Shown here one piece after another: positions 10,409 through 19,430 of a stretch of 39,092 nt of DNA; positions within the stretch are counted from its first letter, which is position 1; each line of letters opens with the position of its first letter. The notes under the pieces are model-generated. The model did no database searches and had not been told where the DNA came from. It worked only from the letters and a program-made list of their open reading frames with translations. The translations under genes and the position numbers were made by a program. This stretch comes from a virus. Taxonomy: Duplodnaviria > Caudoviricetes. The stretch covers positions 1-39,092 of IMG/VR virus record IMGVR_UViG_3300032373_001168; one strand, 5' to 3'.

Positions 10409-10854
10409 GACCCTATGGCTCGGTTGACATGGTATTGAGCGATGTCATTTATCTCGGCTTCGTCATCCCGGCTGATGCCTAAATACGGGCGCGCTGGGAT
10501 ATGCACTTTTTTACCGCGACCAGCCTTGCCGCCGAACTGATGAATCGCGCCATAAATCATATTGGTACCAACAGCGACTTCATCACCACTGACTCGATGA
10601 TTAATCGAGTCACGCAGGTGAGCATGATCAACCAGTGGTTTAGGGTTTGAGCCTCGACGTTCTGTCTTGGTGGCGTCAGCCAGCTCTAACCAGGGCATGC
10701 CATCTGGATCAACGCTGCGTTTAAAACGCAACGTCGTGGACGACACTAAGGCCTGGCCAATCTCATCAAGCATTTCAGCCGGATCGAACTGCACTAGCCG
10801 ATTGAGCCTGGCAGGCACATTGTTAGCCTGATAGATCAGCTCAACACCAGCCAT
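10405..10854 (-). CDS. Virion morphogenesis/tail completion protein (Mu gpG-like)
   Basis: DPDGMPW, VGTNMIYGAIHQFGG and IPARPYLGIS motifs; ATG at 10854 coupled to the upstream stop (TGATG). Confidence 0.92.
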   Translation of the reverse strand: MAGVELIYQANNVPARLNRLVQFDPAEMLDEIGQALVSSTTLRFKRSVDPDGMPWLELADATKTERRGSNPKPLVDHAHLRDSINHRVSGDEVAVGTNMIYGAIHQFGGKAGRGKKVHIPARPYLGISRDDEAEINDIAQYHVNRAIGS

Positions 10855-11267
10855 CAGTAAGTACCCCAATCAGTGCCGCTCACTCCCTGACCTGAAACAA
10901 TCCGGCCAGATGCTGCTGCTTGAGTATCTTGCTCACCCAGAGTGGCTTTACCTTCGGCAACATCACGCAACCACCGAATGGCTTTGTCATGATTATTTTC
11001 GACATGCTCTGGCGCGCCATCCGAATACAGATAAAACATCACCACGTCACCGCAGTGTCGTTTCAGTGGGCTGGCATCAATCATGGCCTGCGACAACGGC
11101 AGTGTGTAGGACTGCTGCAGGTAACTGTCACAGGTGTTCGAGGCATCGGTTATCGCAGTGTCCAAAACAGCGGTATCGATGCTGCCACGATCATCACGAT
11201 CAGTGAGCTGCTCCAGCGTGTCATTGCCGAAGCGTTTAATCAGATCCGCGCGAGTAACATAGGGCAT
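10854..11267 (-). CDS. Head-tail adaptor (Mu gp36/DUF1320-like)
   Basis: YVTRADLIKRFG...AITDAS...DSYL...YTLPL...AIRWLRDVAEGK pattern. Confidence 0.92.
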   Translation of the reverse strand: MPYVTRADLIKRFGNDTLEQLTDRDDRGSIDTAVLDTAITDASNTCDSYLQQSYTLPLSQAMIDASPLKRHCGDVVMFYLYSDGAPEHVENNHDKAIRWLRDVAEGKATLGEQDTQAAASGRIVSGQGVSGTDWGTY

Positions 11268-11599
11268 TAGTTCACACCTCTGATTCGAGCGGTGATGACA
11301 TCATTCCAGTCGCCATACACATTATCGCCAACATTAAACGCCTCGAACTTAACGTCATACTCATCACCATCAACCAATAACAACTCATGCGAACCTCGGC
11401 CAATAAACTTTGGCTCGGCAGGGTCTGAGTTGTCATAGCCCAAAGTCAATGGCCACGTTTGACCAACGACCTCCGTGCCATCCTTGCTCATGGTCATGCG
11501 CACGGTATAACCGGCACCCAACGGATCTCCGGTCTCATCGTTTTTCAACTCTGAGAGTTCGACGGTGTTGGTGTTAGCCATAAACCAAAGGTCGCTCAT
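11267..11599 (-). CDS. Putative fibre attachment/adaptor protein
   Basis: 110 aa beta-rich ORF, translationally coupled within the structural operon. Confidence 0.55.
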   Translation of the reverse strand: MSDLWFMANTNTVELSELKNDETGDPLGAGYTVRMTMSKDGTEVVGQTWPLTLGYDNSDPAEPKFIGRGSHELLLVDGDEYDVKFEAFNVGDNVYGDWNDVITARIRGVN

Positions 11600-11604
11600 A
11601 TCAA

Positions 11605-11985
11605 CTAGGCCGCGTTAAGGGTGTTAGTGATAGTCAGCTGCCAGCTCTGCGCCGCTGTCTTTGTGCCCAGGGCTTCGACCTTGCGGTTCATCATCGTGCC
11701 ACCAAAAGCAGCGTTAAACACAGCCCACTCATTCCAAGCCCAGTTGGCCTCAGCGGTGCCAAACAAGGCGCGCAAGGTCAGCACATTGGCTGAGCGCTGT
11801 GGGTAGGTGGCTTCCATCGCCTTGCGTAACTTGTTGGCACCCGCCTGAAGGTCTGTCTGTGCTGCAGAAAATGCAGTGGCAGAGTCACCAACAGCGATGT
11901 GGGCACCGCTATTGTCAAAAGCAGCGTCAGCCTCACCGAGCGAAATTTTTGCCAAGTAGGCACTATATGCGTCTGTCATTGGCAT
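11605..11985 (-). CDS. Virion structural protein, putative fibre/collar base
   Basis: 126 aa; HIAVGDS...FGTAEANWAWNEWAVFNA...LGTKT pattern seen in phage structural proteins; AGGAG RBS. Confidence 0.7.
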   Translation of the reverse strand: MPMTDAYSAYLAKISLGEADAAFDNSGAHIAVGDSATAFSAAQTDLQAGANKLRKAMEATYPQRSANVLTLRALFGTAEANWAWNEWAVFNAAFGGTMMNRKVEALGTKTAAQSWQLTITNTLNAA

Positions 11986-11987
11986 GG

Positions 11988-12188
11988 TTATTCTCCTTTT
12001 TGTTCTGGCACTGGCAAGCCCAATGCCTTGCAGGCATCAGCCAACGGTAGTTTTTTGTCGCTATCATCAACTGGCCAGCCGTGCCCAAGCTGAAAAACTG
12101 ACTTGGCATGCTCGACACTCACATCGACAACGCCAGCCTCATAACTTTTTTCTCCGTCAAAGCCGGAGTGCTTCATGCTCATCTTCAT
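11988..12188 (-). CDS. Hypothetical protein
   Basis: 66 aa; ATGA overlap; GAGGAG RBS. Confidence 0.65.
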   Translation of the reverse strand: MKMSMKHSGFDGEKSYEAGVVDVSVEHAKSVFQLGHGWPVDDSDKKLPLADACKALGLPVPEQKGE

Positions 12189-12418
12189 TTGCGTGGCTCC
12201 TCTTTTGCTAGCACAGCGTGGTTCGCTCCATCGCCGGTAAAATATTTAATCGTTTCGCCTTCACCTTGGCGATACGTGACTTTTGCAGGCTCGCCATCTA
12301 TTGATGTCACAATTTCAAATGGCTCTTTCATTTCTCCTGGTAGCGGAAACTCACCATTGAATTTCACAAGTTCACGATGCTGTTCAGCGATCTGAGTTTT
12401 CATTTGCTCTTGCCGCAT
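12185..12418 (-). CDS. Hypothetical protein
   Basis: 77 aa; TAATG coupling to the upstream gene. Confidence 0.6.
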   Translation of the reverse strand: MRQEQMKTQIAEQHRELVKFNGEFPLPGEMKEPFEIVTSIDGEPAKVTYRQGEGETIKYFTGDGANHAVLAKEEPRK

Positions 12419-14349
12419 TAGTTCACCTTTGGTTTGCCAGATAGAGTGGGGTGGTTTTTCAGCTTGGCTGATAGTGTTGGGTAGATACGCAGCTTTGCCG
12501 ATAGACGCGCAATCACAGTGCCGATGGCCTGCTTGAGTGCGGCATCAGTAATCGATGCGTTTAGACTATCCAGCGCGCTTAAAAAGTTGAGTACTTGTGC
12601 CTGATCATCGATTGAAATATCCACGCTATCGCTGCGATCGAGACGCGCGAGAATGGCAGATATATCAGTGAGAGAGATATTCAATTCATCACTACGCACC
12701 AACAGCACAAACACTGCCTGGCTGGCATCGGTGATAGAGAGATTTAAACTGTCTGCCACTTGCAACACGGCGGCAATGTTAACCAGGCCTTCCGTAACCG
12801 ACATACTTGTCGCATCACTGGCTGCTAGACTACATAACAGATCGACTGCTTCGGTGATTGAATAATTCAAGCTGTCAGCGCGATCGAGACGGCTAAGAAT
12901 TTCTACCGCTTCAATGATAGAGGTTGATAAATAATCAGTGCCTGCCAGCAGCACAAACACGGCCTGACTGGCATCTGTGATAGAGAGGTTTAAACTATCC
13001 GCCACTTGCAGCACAGCCGCGATATTGACCAAGCCTTCAGCCACCGACATGTTTACCGAATCATTTGCCGCCAAACTGCAGAGCAGATTGATTGACTCGG
13101 TAATGGAAAGATTCAGATTATCGGCACTGGTTAACATGCTGTAGATCGACACCGACTCAGCAATGGCAATAGTCAATGCGTCACTACGACTACTCAGTAA
13201 CACTGAGTCTTGTGCTTCAAAAATCGCCGCCGTGATGATATCGGCAGAACTAAGTACGACAGAGATTGATTGAACTTCTTCGGTAATATTGAGATCACAA
13301 ACGTCAACGACTGATGACAACAGTACGCTGGCAGAACTGTCGGTGATTGATGTGGCTAGGTTGTCACCTAGTGACGACAGCAATAAGTTAGTCGAAGAAT
13401 CCGTGATTGTGTTTGATAGCAGATCGCTAGCTGTGATTGTTGTCGCACCAACCACAACGCCCTCAAAATACCCAATCTCCCAGAAATCAACATTGGTAGA
13501 TTCAATTTTCCCTTCACATATTTGTGATGAATTTAATTCTGATATTAAATGGCTTGCATCCCGTAACTTATAGTATAAATCAGGCCTTGAAGCACCTTCT
13601 TTTCGAAGATTAAATTTTCTGTTTGTAGCGGGCGCAGTGTTATCAATGTAGTACGAGGCACCAATCGCACCGGCGGGTAATGCTGGTAAATTAGTATATG
13701 CACCTGTTGTTGCCAGTGCTCTATTTATACGATTAACGTGAGGAACGTAATCAGATAGAATCACTCCCATCAACCAAACATCACAACCGCCAGCCCACGA
13801 TTGATATTCCTGATACGTCTGCGATGCATCTACACCGACAATCATTCCAGCCCCGCCGTACGGCGCGTTAGAAAAATTATCAGTACTGCCTTTGACTCTG
13901 TGCCCTATAAATTTTAGATTGTAATTTGTACTATTTACTACTAGCATTGCCGCTACTGGCGCTCCTGATGTATATGTTGAGATGTCTACATCAGTCCACG
14001 TAGATGCAACGTTTGTTGAGACGACCGGCGGATTAATATAAAACTCTGCGTCAGATTCAAAGAACCCCTCAATATAAAAGATCAGCCCCGCATTATCTGA
14101 GTATATTTCAAAAATTTGGGAAACAACTCCACATTGAATCATAGTGTGAGTGCCAGCTTCTAGCTCAAGCGTCGGCCACGATGTGCTTCCATTCGGGCGA
14201 ACAAACACTAACGTTGTTACAGCGGCAGTGTTTACAATTCGTACCATTACACCTGTTGCCGTAACAGGTACATGCGCTGACACATCTATATCTACAAATG
14301 TATTCAGCGTTGATGGTGAAACATCAACTGGGTCAATAAACGTAGCCAT
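12418..14349 (-). CDS. Putative head/neck fibre protein: globular N-terminal domain plus a stalk of ~20-aa repeats
   Basis: 643 aa; the C-terminal half is made of DxLNxSITD/E-type repeats. Confidence 0.7.
   Translation of the reverse strand: MATFIDPVDVSPSTLNTFVDIDVSAHVPVTATGVMVRIVNTAAVTTLVFVRPNGSTSWPTLELEAGTHTMIQCGVVSQIFEIYSDNAGLIFYIEGFFESDAEFYINPPVVSTNVASTWTDVDISTYTSGAPVAAMLVVNSTNYNLKFIGHRVKGSTDNFSNAPYGGAGMIVGVDASQTYQEYQSWAGGCDVWLMGVILSDYVPHVNRINRALATTGAYTNLPALPAGAIGASYYIDNTAPATNRKFNLRKEGASRPDLYYKLRDASHLISELNSSQICEGKIESTNVDFWEIGYFEGVVVGATTITASDLLSNTITDSSTNLLLSSLGDNLATSITDSSASVLLSSVVDVCDLNITEEVQSISVVLSSADIITAAIFEAQDSVLLSSRSDALTIAIAESVSIYSMLTSADNLNLSITESINLLCSLAANDSVNMSVAEGLVNIAAVLQVADSLNLSITDASQAVFVLLAGTDYLSTSIIEAVEILSRLDRADSLNYSITEAVDLLCSLAASDATSMSVTEGLVNIAAVLQVADSLNLSITDASQAVFVLLVRSDELNISLTDISAILARLDRSDSVDISIDDQAQVLNFLSALDSLNASITDAALKQAIGTVIARLSAKLRIYPTLSAKLKNHPTLSGKPKVN
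12703..13105. repeat. Intragenic imperfect direct repeat (~155 bp copies starting at 12703 and 12949, offset 246 bp)
   Basis: LLCSLAAxDxxxMSVxEGLVNIAAVLQVADSLNLSITDASQAVFVLL is encoded twice; many differences are synonymous. Confidence 0.9.
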
Positions 14350-14384
14350 TTATGTCAACGCGGTTGTATTGTAAAAACAATTGA

Positions 14385-14711
14385 TCATCTTATGTGTCTC
14401 ACCTGCCGTTTTAAATGCGGCGTTAAATCGATTTTTTCAACAACTTCCTGACCATTAACTATCACGGCCTGCTCAACTATCTCGCTGACCACCTGTCGCA
14501 CCTGTCCACGAAATAAAACTGGAGGTATTCTTCGATCAACGTCATATTCAAGCGGTGCATATTCATAAAGTGTTTTGCCATCGGGAGACCAAACAACATG
14601 TTTCCACCAGCCTGCAAACGATGGCCTCGCTGCCAAACGTCCACCGAACTTAAACAGCATCACCAGCGCCCATATTCGACAGTTGCATCGATATGGACGC
14701 CAGAGATGCAC
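14385..14711 (-). CDS. Hypothetical protein
   Basis: 108 aa in operon orientation, starting 3 bp after the upstream stop. Confidence 0.65.
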   Translation of the reverse strand: MHLWRPYRCNCRIWALVMLFKFGGRLAARPSFAGWWKHVVWSPDGKTLYEYAPLEYDVDRRIPPVLFRGQVRQVVSEIVEQAVIVNGQEVVEKIDLTPHLKRQVRHIR

Positions 14712-14714
14712 TTG

Positions 14715-15185
14715 CTACTGCTCTTTGCTCAACTCAGCAATCACCGCATCACGTTCGGCTTTGCTGACTGGCGCTTTCCATTTCAGTATGTCGTTCAGCG
14801 CTTTTAATTCCGGCGTGACCATGTCTTTCAGCCAGTGGTCTGCGTTGTCTTTTTCAAGCTGCGTGATGGCTTTTACAATTTCTACCTGGCGCGCTTCTGG
14901 TAGAACAGGTTCTTCGTCTTTCGGCGTGGGTGCTTTGTCACCCTGGCCACCTGGGTTTAACTTGACGACATTGTCATCACCACCAGGATTGTCATTGCCT
15001 TCAGGATTTTCATCATCTGACTTTGTTTCAACCAGAGCTTCATCGTTATCAATCGCATCAGAATCACTCAGGCGCTGACGGCAGACGTCGTTCAGTTCAA
15101 TACGATCGCCTATCGCATAATGCTTGCCGTTGTGTTTGATCGGCTCTTTGCAGACATGCCAAGTTGTTGGTTCAGACTCACTCAT
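14715..15185 (-). CDS. Capsid-adjacent protein (Mu gp35-position hypothetical)
   Basis: 156 aa; EPIKHNGKHYAIGDRIEL N-terminus, acidic linker, helical C-terminus; GGAG RBS. Confidence 0.75.
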   Translation of the reverse strand: MSESEPTTWHVCKEPIKHNGKHYAIGDRIELNDVCRQRLSDSDAIDNDEALVETKSDDENPEGNDNPGGDDNVVKLNPGGQGDKAPTPKDEEPVLPEARQVEIVKAITQLEKDNADHWLKDMVTPELKALNDILKWKAPVSKAERDAVIAELSKEQ

Positions 15186-15196
15186 GATTTTTTCTC

Positions 15197-15229
15197 CAAA
15201 GCGGGCCGAGGTTTTCCGTGCCTCGGCCC
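15197..15229 (-). terminator. GC-rich hairpin after the capsid gene (weak terminator or attenuator)
   Basis: GGGCCGAGG-N9-CCTCGGCCC followed by GCTTT on the minus strand. Confidence 0.55.
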
Positions 15230-15321
15230 CTCTCTAGGTCTTCACTCATCACCAACACGGCCTGGCTTGAGCTATCCGGTCAGACTACGACCGGGCGACT
15301 TCTCTCTCTCAGGGTTATGTG

Positions 15322-16248
15322 TTATCCGACAGCGTCCTGGATGAAGTAGCCCAGATCAGTGGCTGTGAGTACTTCTTTCACCGACTCACCTGAACGCACC
15401 CGCATGCCGCCGCGCAGACCGATGTCTGAATCTTCTTTAGATCCAGCCACACGGGTACCAAACTGCGCAGTAAAACCAAAGGTGGTGCCGTTACGGTTGT
15501 CAGCCATTTTGTCGCGATAGATAAAGGCGGCATGCTTGCCCCAAGCGCGCCCAATAGAAGCCGCCTGGCCCTTGCGAGCGTTATTGACAAAGCTTTCACC
15601 TACCAACACTTCTTCCAGTTCCAACAGAGCAGCGATCGCTTCACGCTGTGCGATACCTTTGTCACCAGAGTTTCGGTTAGTCGCCTTAACAACATCCGGG
15701 TGCTGTGCCAGCTTGGTCATGGTGGCGCGGCCAAGGATGCCTATATTAGGTCGCATGATGCATGAATCCAGCCCAAGCATGATGTCGCCAATCGGATCGG
15801 AGTTTGTGAAGTCACTCCACTGATCAGTACCCGACAAAACAATCTTGTTGGCAGCGGAGTAGTTGGCTGCATTAAATACTTTGCCAGCTACACGAAGCTC
15901 ACGATCCAGCTCAACAATATTGGTTAGCTGCTCTGTGGCGCGCTGTTCAGGATTATAATTTTCGGGCGCATTTGTAATGTCAGACATTGGGATAGGGTCA
16001 TCCAGGCCAAAGTCTTCGGTCGAGTCGGTCACTTCTTCACCCGTGAATTCGATCTCATTGGGTTTGGACTTACGACCAACTTTGGTGTCCGGCACAGTAA
16101 AGCCCTCTGCAAGGCTGTACTTCGTATACTTGAACTCTTCCTTACCCACAGGCACACGCGGCAGTACGTCGTCTGCAATCATGCTGCGGTTACTGTAGGC
16201 AATTGCGATGCCAGTCAGAACCGGATCAATTGGAAATGGTGTTTTCAT
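15322..16248 (-). CDS. Major capsid protein
   Basis: 308 aa; FPIDPVLTGIAIAYSN...IADDVLPRVPV N-terminus; AGGAG RBS; follows the protease and cement genes. Confidence 0.92.
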   Translation of the reverse strand: MKTPFPIDPVLTGIAIAYSNRSMIADDVLPRVPVGKEEFKYTKYSLAEGFTVPDTKVGRKSKPNEIEFTGEEVTDSTEDFGLDDPIPMSDITNAPENYNPEQRATEQLTNIVELDRELRVAGKVFNAANYSAANKIVLSGTDQWSDFTNSDPIGDIMLGLDSCIMRPNIGILGRATMTKLAQHPDVVKATNRNSGDKGIAQREAIAALLELEEVLVGESFVNNARKGQAASIGRAWGKHAAFIYRDKMADNRNGTTFGFTAQFGTRVAGSKEDSDIGLRGGMRVRSGESVKEVLTATDLGYFIQDAVG

Positions 16249-16262
16249 GTGTTACTCCCTTA

Positions 16263-16640
16263 TTAACCTTGGATCTGACCGATGCGGATAAAGACATCAA
16301 CAATGTCACCCGCAACACCCGCAACATCAGCGTTACCAATAATGCGATTATTTGTGCCTGCACCAGGTACAGCTTTAACTGCCTTACCAGCGGCATCCGA
16401 TGTGAGCGGATCACCAGCAGCAACTGTGCCGCCGTACTCAACTGGCACAAAGCGATCCAGCGCGACATCGATGCGTTCATCAGCAATGACAGATTGAGTG
16501 GCAGGGATAACTGAAACACCCATCAGCGAATCTGTTGCGGCCGCACCTTGCAGCACCTGACCGTCGGCAGTGCCGTGCTTAACAATGCGGTAAGGGGCTA
16601 TCGCACCTTCCGCTACATAATTTTTTATGTACTGGTTCAT
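16263..16640 (-). CDS. Capsid cement/decoration protein (DUF2190-like)
   Basis: 125 aa; AEGAIAPYRIV...VEYGGTVAAGDPLTSDAAGKAV motif. Confidence 0.85.
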   Translation of the reverse strand: MNQYIKNYVAEGAIAPYRIVKHGTADGQVLQGAAATDSLMGVSVIPATQSVIADERIDVALDRFVPVEYGGTVAAGDPLTSDAAGKAVKAVPGAGTNNRIIGNADVAGVAGDIVDVFIRIGQIQG

Positions 16641-16643
16641 GGC

Positions 16644-17138
16644 TTAGTTAGCCCCCTTGGTTACATGTTGCATTGCGGTTGTGACCGAAATGGTGCGCCC
16701 GTTTTTAGCCTCAGAGGCCATAAAATCCTGCGCCGCTTTTGCCAGCACGTTGGCATCATTCATATCAATGCCTTGCGCACCAGCATCCGTCTCATCAGTT
16801 GAAACCTGCTTAGGCACCGCCGCAGCAAAGTCTTTAAACCATTGCAGCGGTGTTTTCGTGATCTGCTGCGCCTTGTCACCGTCACCGGCGCTGAATTCAA
16901 ACTGCTTATCTTCAGCATCAGAAAGCTGCAGCATGAAATCCACCGCGCCTTCAGCTTGGGCTGGGGTTAGGTTGCTACCATCTACAAAGGCAGTGAAGTC
17001 AGCGGTTAAGCCTTTGCGGCGTTCTGTATCCAGCTCTTTCTTCAATGATTGCTCACTGGCTGAAAAATCGGATTGTGCGGCATCACGGCCACGTTGTTCT
17101 GCGGCGTCTAGATCTGCCTGGGTAATTACGGGTGGCAC
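16644..17138 (-). CDS. Embedded in-frame scaffolding protein (Mu gpZ-like)
   Basis: Strong SD AAGGAGGT 6 nt before an in-frame GTG inside the protease gene; helical 164 aa product. Confidence 0.75.
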   Translation of the reverse strand: MPPVITQADLDAAEQRGRDAAQSDFSASEQSLKKELDTERRKGLTADFTAFVDGSNLTPAQAEGAVDFMLQLSDAEDKQFEFSAGDGDKAQQITKTPLQWFKDFAAAVPKQVSTDETDAGAQGIDMNDANVLAKAAQDFMASEAKNGRTISVTTAMQHVTKGAN

Positions 17139-17813
17139 GTCGGCACCTCCTTGGTTGGGGTTAGCATTAAATGAATTGGCGGAATCTGCTTCGTCTGCAG
17201 CCTTCATTGCCAGCGTTGCCTGGTCTTCAGCAGTTTGAACATCCCAGTCAGGGATCACTTTGTCTGCCTCCTCAATACCCTTGTCATCGATCATCCACTC
17301 ACGGAAACGGCGCATGAAACGAGCTAAGGCATTAGGGGTGCGCCAGTCTGGATTAACTGGCATTTCGAAGTCGTAGACCTCATCAGCCTGAGCGCTGGAA
17401 TAATTCATGGCATCGAGCGCGATAGCCGGACGCTGAGCGCCAAGAAAGCCAACATGCTCAATGGCCATCGTGTTGTCGGCTGTCTTATATATACGCACCG
17501 AGCGTTTGCGGTATGCGCCATCTTCAACGCCGGAAGCAAAGGCTGGGTTTACATCGCGGAACTTGGCTTGCAGGGAATCACCTTCACGCGTCAGCTCATC
17601 GATCCAACCATAGGCAGGGTCATCATGTTTTGGATGGCCAACAACAATCGGGGCGGCAGTGGCGGCGCTATGATTGGCCACCATCTGATCAAGGTCTTCG
17701 TTTGTCCAGGTGCGCTTAACACCATTGCTGGATACGTGTTCGCCAGAACGAAAGACCTCGATGTGATCGTCGAAGCCTTTGAAGTCGTGTGGTTTGTTTT
17801 TGTGTTTGTCCAT
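16644..17813 (-). CDS. Capsid maturation protease/scaffold (Mu gpI-like)
   Basis: IEVFRSGEH, APIVVGHP, PAYGWI, YRKRSV and HVGFLGAQRPA motifs; likely start at ATG 17813, just after the late promoter. Confidence 0.9.
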   Translation of the reverse strand: MDKHKNKPHDFKGFDDHIEVFRSGEHVSSNGVKRTWTNEDLDQMVANHSAATAAPIVVGHPKHDDPAYGWIDELTREGDSLQAKFRDVNPAFASGVEDGAYRKRSVRIYKTADNTMAIEHVGFLGAQRPAIALDAMNYSSAQADEVYDFEMPVNPDWRTPNALARFMRRFREWMIDDKGIEEADKVIPDWDVQTAEDQATLAMKAADEADSANSFNANPNQGGADVPPVITQADLDAAEQRGRDAAQSDFSASEQSLKKELDTERRKGLTADFTAFVDGSNLTPAQAEGAVDFMLQLSDAEDKQFEFSAGDGDKAQQITKTPLQWFKDFAAAVPKQVSTDETDAGAQGIDMNDANVLAKAAQDFMASEAKNGRTISVTTAMQHVTKGAN

Positions 17814-17820
17814 GCCGCAC

Positions 17821-17867
17821 ATAGTGGCCCAGACAGACAAAAGAAAAGAGCCGTAAAATTGTTTACG
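17821..17867 (-). promoter_or_regulatory. Activator-dependent late promoter for the head-tail operon
   Basis: Dyad CGTAAA-N4-TTTACG (17852-17867), 25 bp, CACTAT, 7 bp, ATG; same geometry as 30018-30071. Confidence 0.8.
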
Positions 17868-17982
17868 CCTCTTCTTTGATGGTGATGTTTATAGAATTAC
17901 ATTGCTAGGTTTGATACGTCAAGAGTAGTCGATAAACCCACTATAGAGGATAAGACAATGTAACCGCTTTCGATCACTGGAA

Positions 17983-18019
17983 TATAAAAAAAGGGGCGCT
18001 GAGTGCGCCCCTTTTTATA
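17983..18019. terminator. Rho-independent terminator (bidirectional type) closing the accessory operon
   Basis: AGGGGCGC-TGAGT-GCGCCCCT flanked by A and T tracts. Confidence 0.9.
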
Positions 18020-18051
18020 GTCATGAAAGTATGGGTCGATTGTTGTGTAGC

Positions 18052-18726
18052 CTAGTTCATGTCGGCCAAATATAGCTCAGTTAAAATATTGTTTGTAATC
18101 CATGCCATTGTTAGCGTTATAAGTATCTTTAGATCCTTTATGTCCTTGCCTTCCCACTTTCTAACATAATGAGTTTCATCATTTCCTAACCAAGCCGCTC
18201 GACTTGCACATGTCTTTATATTCGCATCATCAACAAATTCATTAATGCATGCACCCAAGAACTTGCCTTTTATCTCTTCTTCTTTATCGGTGTGTTTTGA
18301 AATGCAATAATCCTTAATTAGAAATTCCAATGCCTTTCTATAGCCAACTCCGGCTATTTGATCTAGCCCATAATGTTCAGCTGTATGTGCTTGATTAAAT
18401 ATTTCTGTGAAATTACTTGATAATGACTTTATTTCATTAGTAATGTCTGCCTCTTCACCTCGATATGGGGCAGTATTTCTTAAAGAGAAATATCTGTTTC
18501 GCACCCCATCCAAATTTCTGCCTACCGTATACGAAGCAATGAATGCCCTCTGGCAATCCTTTCTAGGACAACTAAAAATAATTTGTAATGTATTCTCGTG
18601 GAAAGCAGATCTTTCAACGGCATTGGTGCTAATGATCGCTGGGTCAATCCCATGATGACACAAAGGACAAGTGTCTGGATTGGTATCATATCTATATTTA
18701 TCCTTGCCTAAATGCATTATTTCCAC
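18052..18726 (-). CDS. DUF4145 (HEPN-like) domain protein with an N-terminal Zn ribbon
   Basis: CPLC...CPRKDC; GYRKALEFLIKD and WLGNDETH motifs; visibly AT-rich. Confidence 0.85.
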   Translation of the reverse strand: MEIMHLGKDKYRYDTNPDTCPLCHHGIDPAIISTNAVERSAFHENTLQIIFSCPRKDCQRAFIASYTVGRNLDGVRNRYFSLRNTAPYRGEEADITNEIKSLSSNFTEIFNQAHTAEHYGLDQIAGVGYRKALEFLIKDYCISKHTDKEEEIKGKFLGACINEFVDDANIKTCASRAAWLGNDETHYVRKWEGKDIKDLKILITLTMAWITNNILTELYLADMN

Positions 18727-18783
18727 TAACTCAATCCTTCTATATGTAAAACTAAGACGGTGAACATATTGGTTTTGGTTTTT

Positions 18784-18924
18784 TCAACTTAGATCAATTC
18801 GGCTCCGGCAAATATCCTTACCGCAACGCCGACAAACGAATACGTTGTCGCCTTCAAGGCTAATGCGAACAAAGCGCCACCGATGTCCACGCAAAGAACA
18901 AGATAATTTATTTAGGAAAGCCAC
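18784..18924 (-). CDS. Small Zn-finger protein (DUF1660-like, 46 aa, absent from the ORF track)
   Basis: Manual translation MAFLNKLSCSLRGHRWRFVRISLEGDNVFVCRRCGKDICRSRIDLS; CxxxGHxW...CxRCG; GGGAG upstream of the GTG. Confidence 0.65.
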   Translation of the reverse strand: MAFLNKLSCSLRGHRWRFVRISLEGDNVFVCRRCGKDICRSRIDLS

Positions 18925-18926
18925 AA

Positions 18927-19430
18927 CTACAATCTCCCAGGCCTAGCCCTAACATTTATGACTTGATTGGTTTTTGGATTAAAATCGCACTCATATATGT
19001 AGTGAGTCCAGGCACCAAACCCATTCTGAAATTTTGCCTCATCACCAATGTATGTGATTTCGCCTTTTGAGGCGACAAACCAGCGAAATCTAGAGAACTT
19101 CAAAGCAAAAGCACCATCAGTCCACTCAATTGAATGCTTGGCGAGCCTTTCAATTGGCTTTTGGCAGTACGCATCTGCTGCGGAATTATTTCTATTACCC
19201 CAACATTGCAAATCCTGCATACAAACCGCATCACTAGCAGCTGGCGCACTACCACTTACTGAGCTTCCTATTGAATCGCATGCTTTCACCCAAACAACAA
19301 TAATAACGAATGTCAGAATAACCGTGCCCCAGCCATACTTGCCGCGCTTAATTATGACGCCACAATGTGGACAGGCTTCAGCCTTGTTAGAAACGCGGCC
19401 TTTGCATTCTTTACATTTTACTATTGCCAT
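18927..19430 (-). CDS. Zn-ribbon, single-TM membrane protein with a periplasmic domain
   Basis: MAIVKCKECKGRVSNKAEACPHCG, a hydrophobic helix, then AKFQNGFGAW; likely start at ATG 19430. Confidence 0.85.
   Translation of the reverse strand: MAIVKCKECKGRVSNKAEACPHCGVIIKRGKYGWGTVILTFVIIVVWVKACDSIGSSVSGSAPAASDAVCMQDLQCWGNRNNSAADAYCQKPIERLAKHSIEWTDGAFALKFSRFRWFVASKGEITYIGDEAKFQNGFGAWTHYIYECDFNPKTNQVINVRARPGRL

Noticed and set aside
12703-13105. DGR template/variable repeat pair or CRISPR array
   Set aside because: Differences are largely synonymous and not adenine-specific; no reverse transcriptase or cas gene; no repeat-spacer pattern
116-17879. Many + strand ORFs opposite the structural genes
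   Set aside because: Shadow frames of well-supported minus-strand genes, with no motifs
17983-18052. ANTAR-controlled antiterminator allowing read-through into head genes
   Set aside because: No dual-hairpin motif overlaps the terminator
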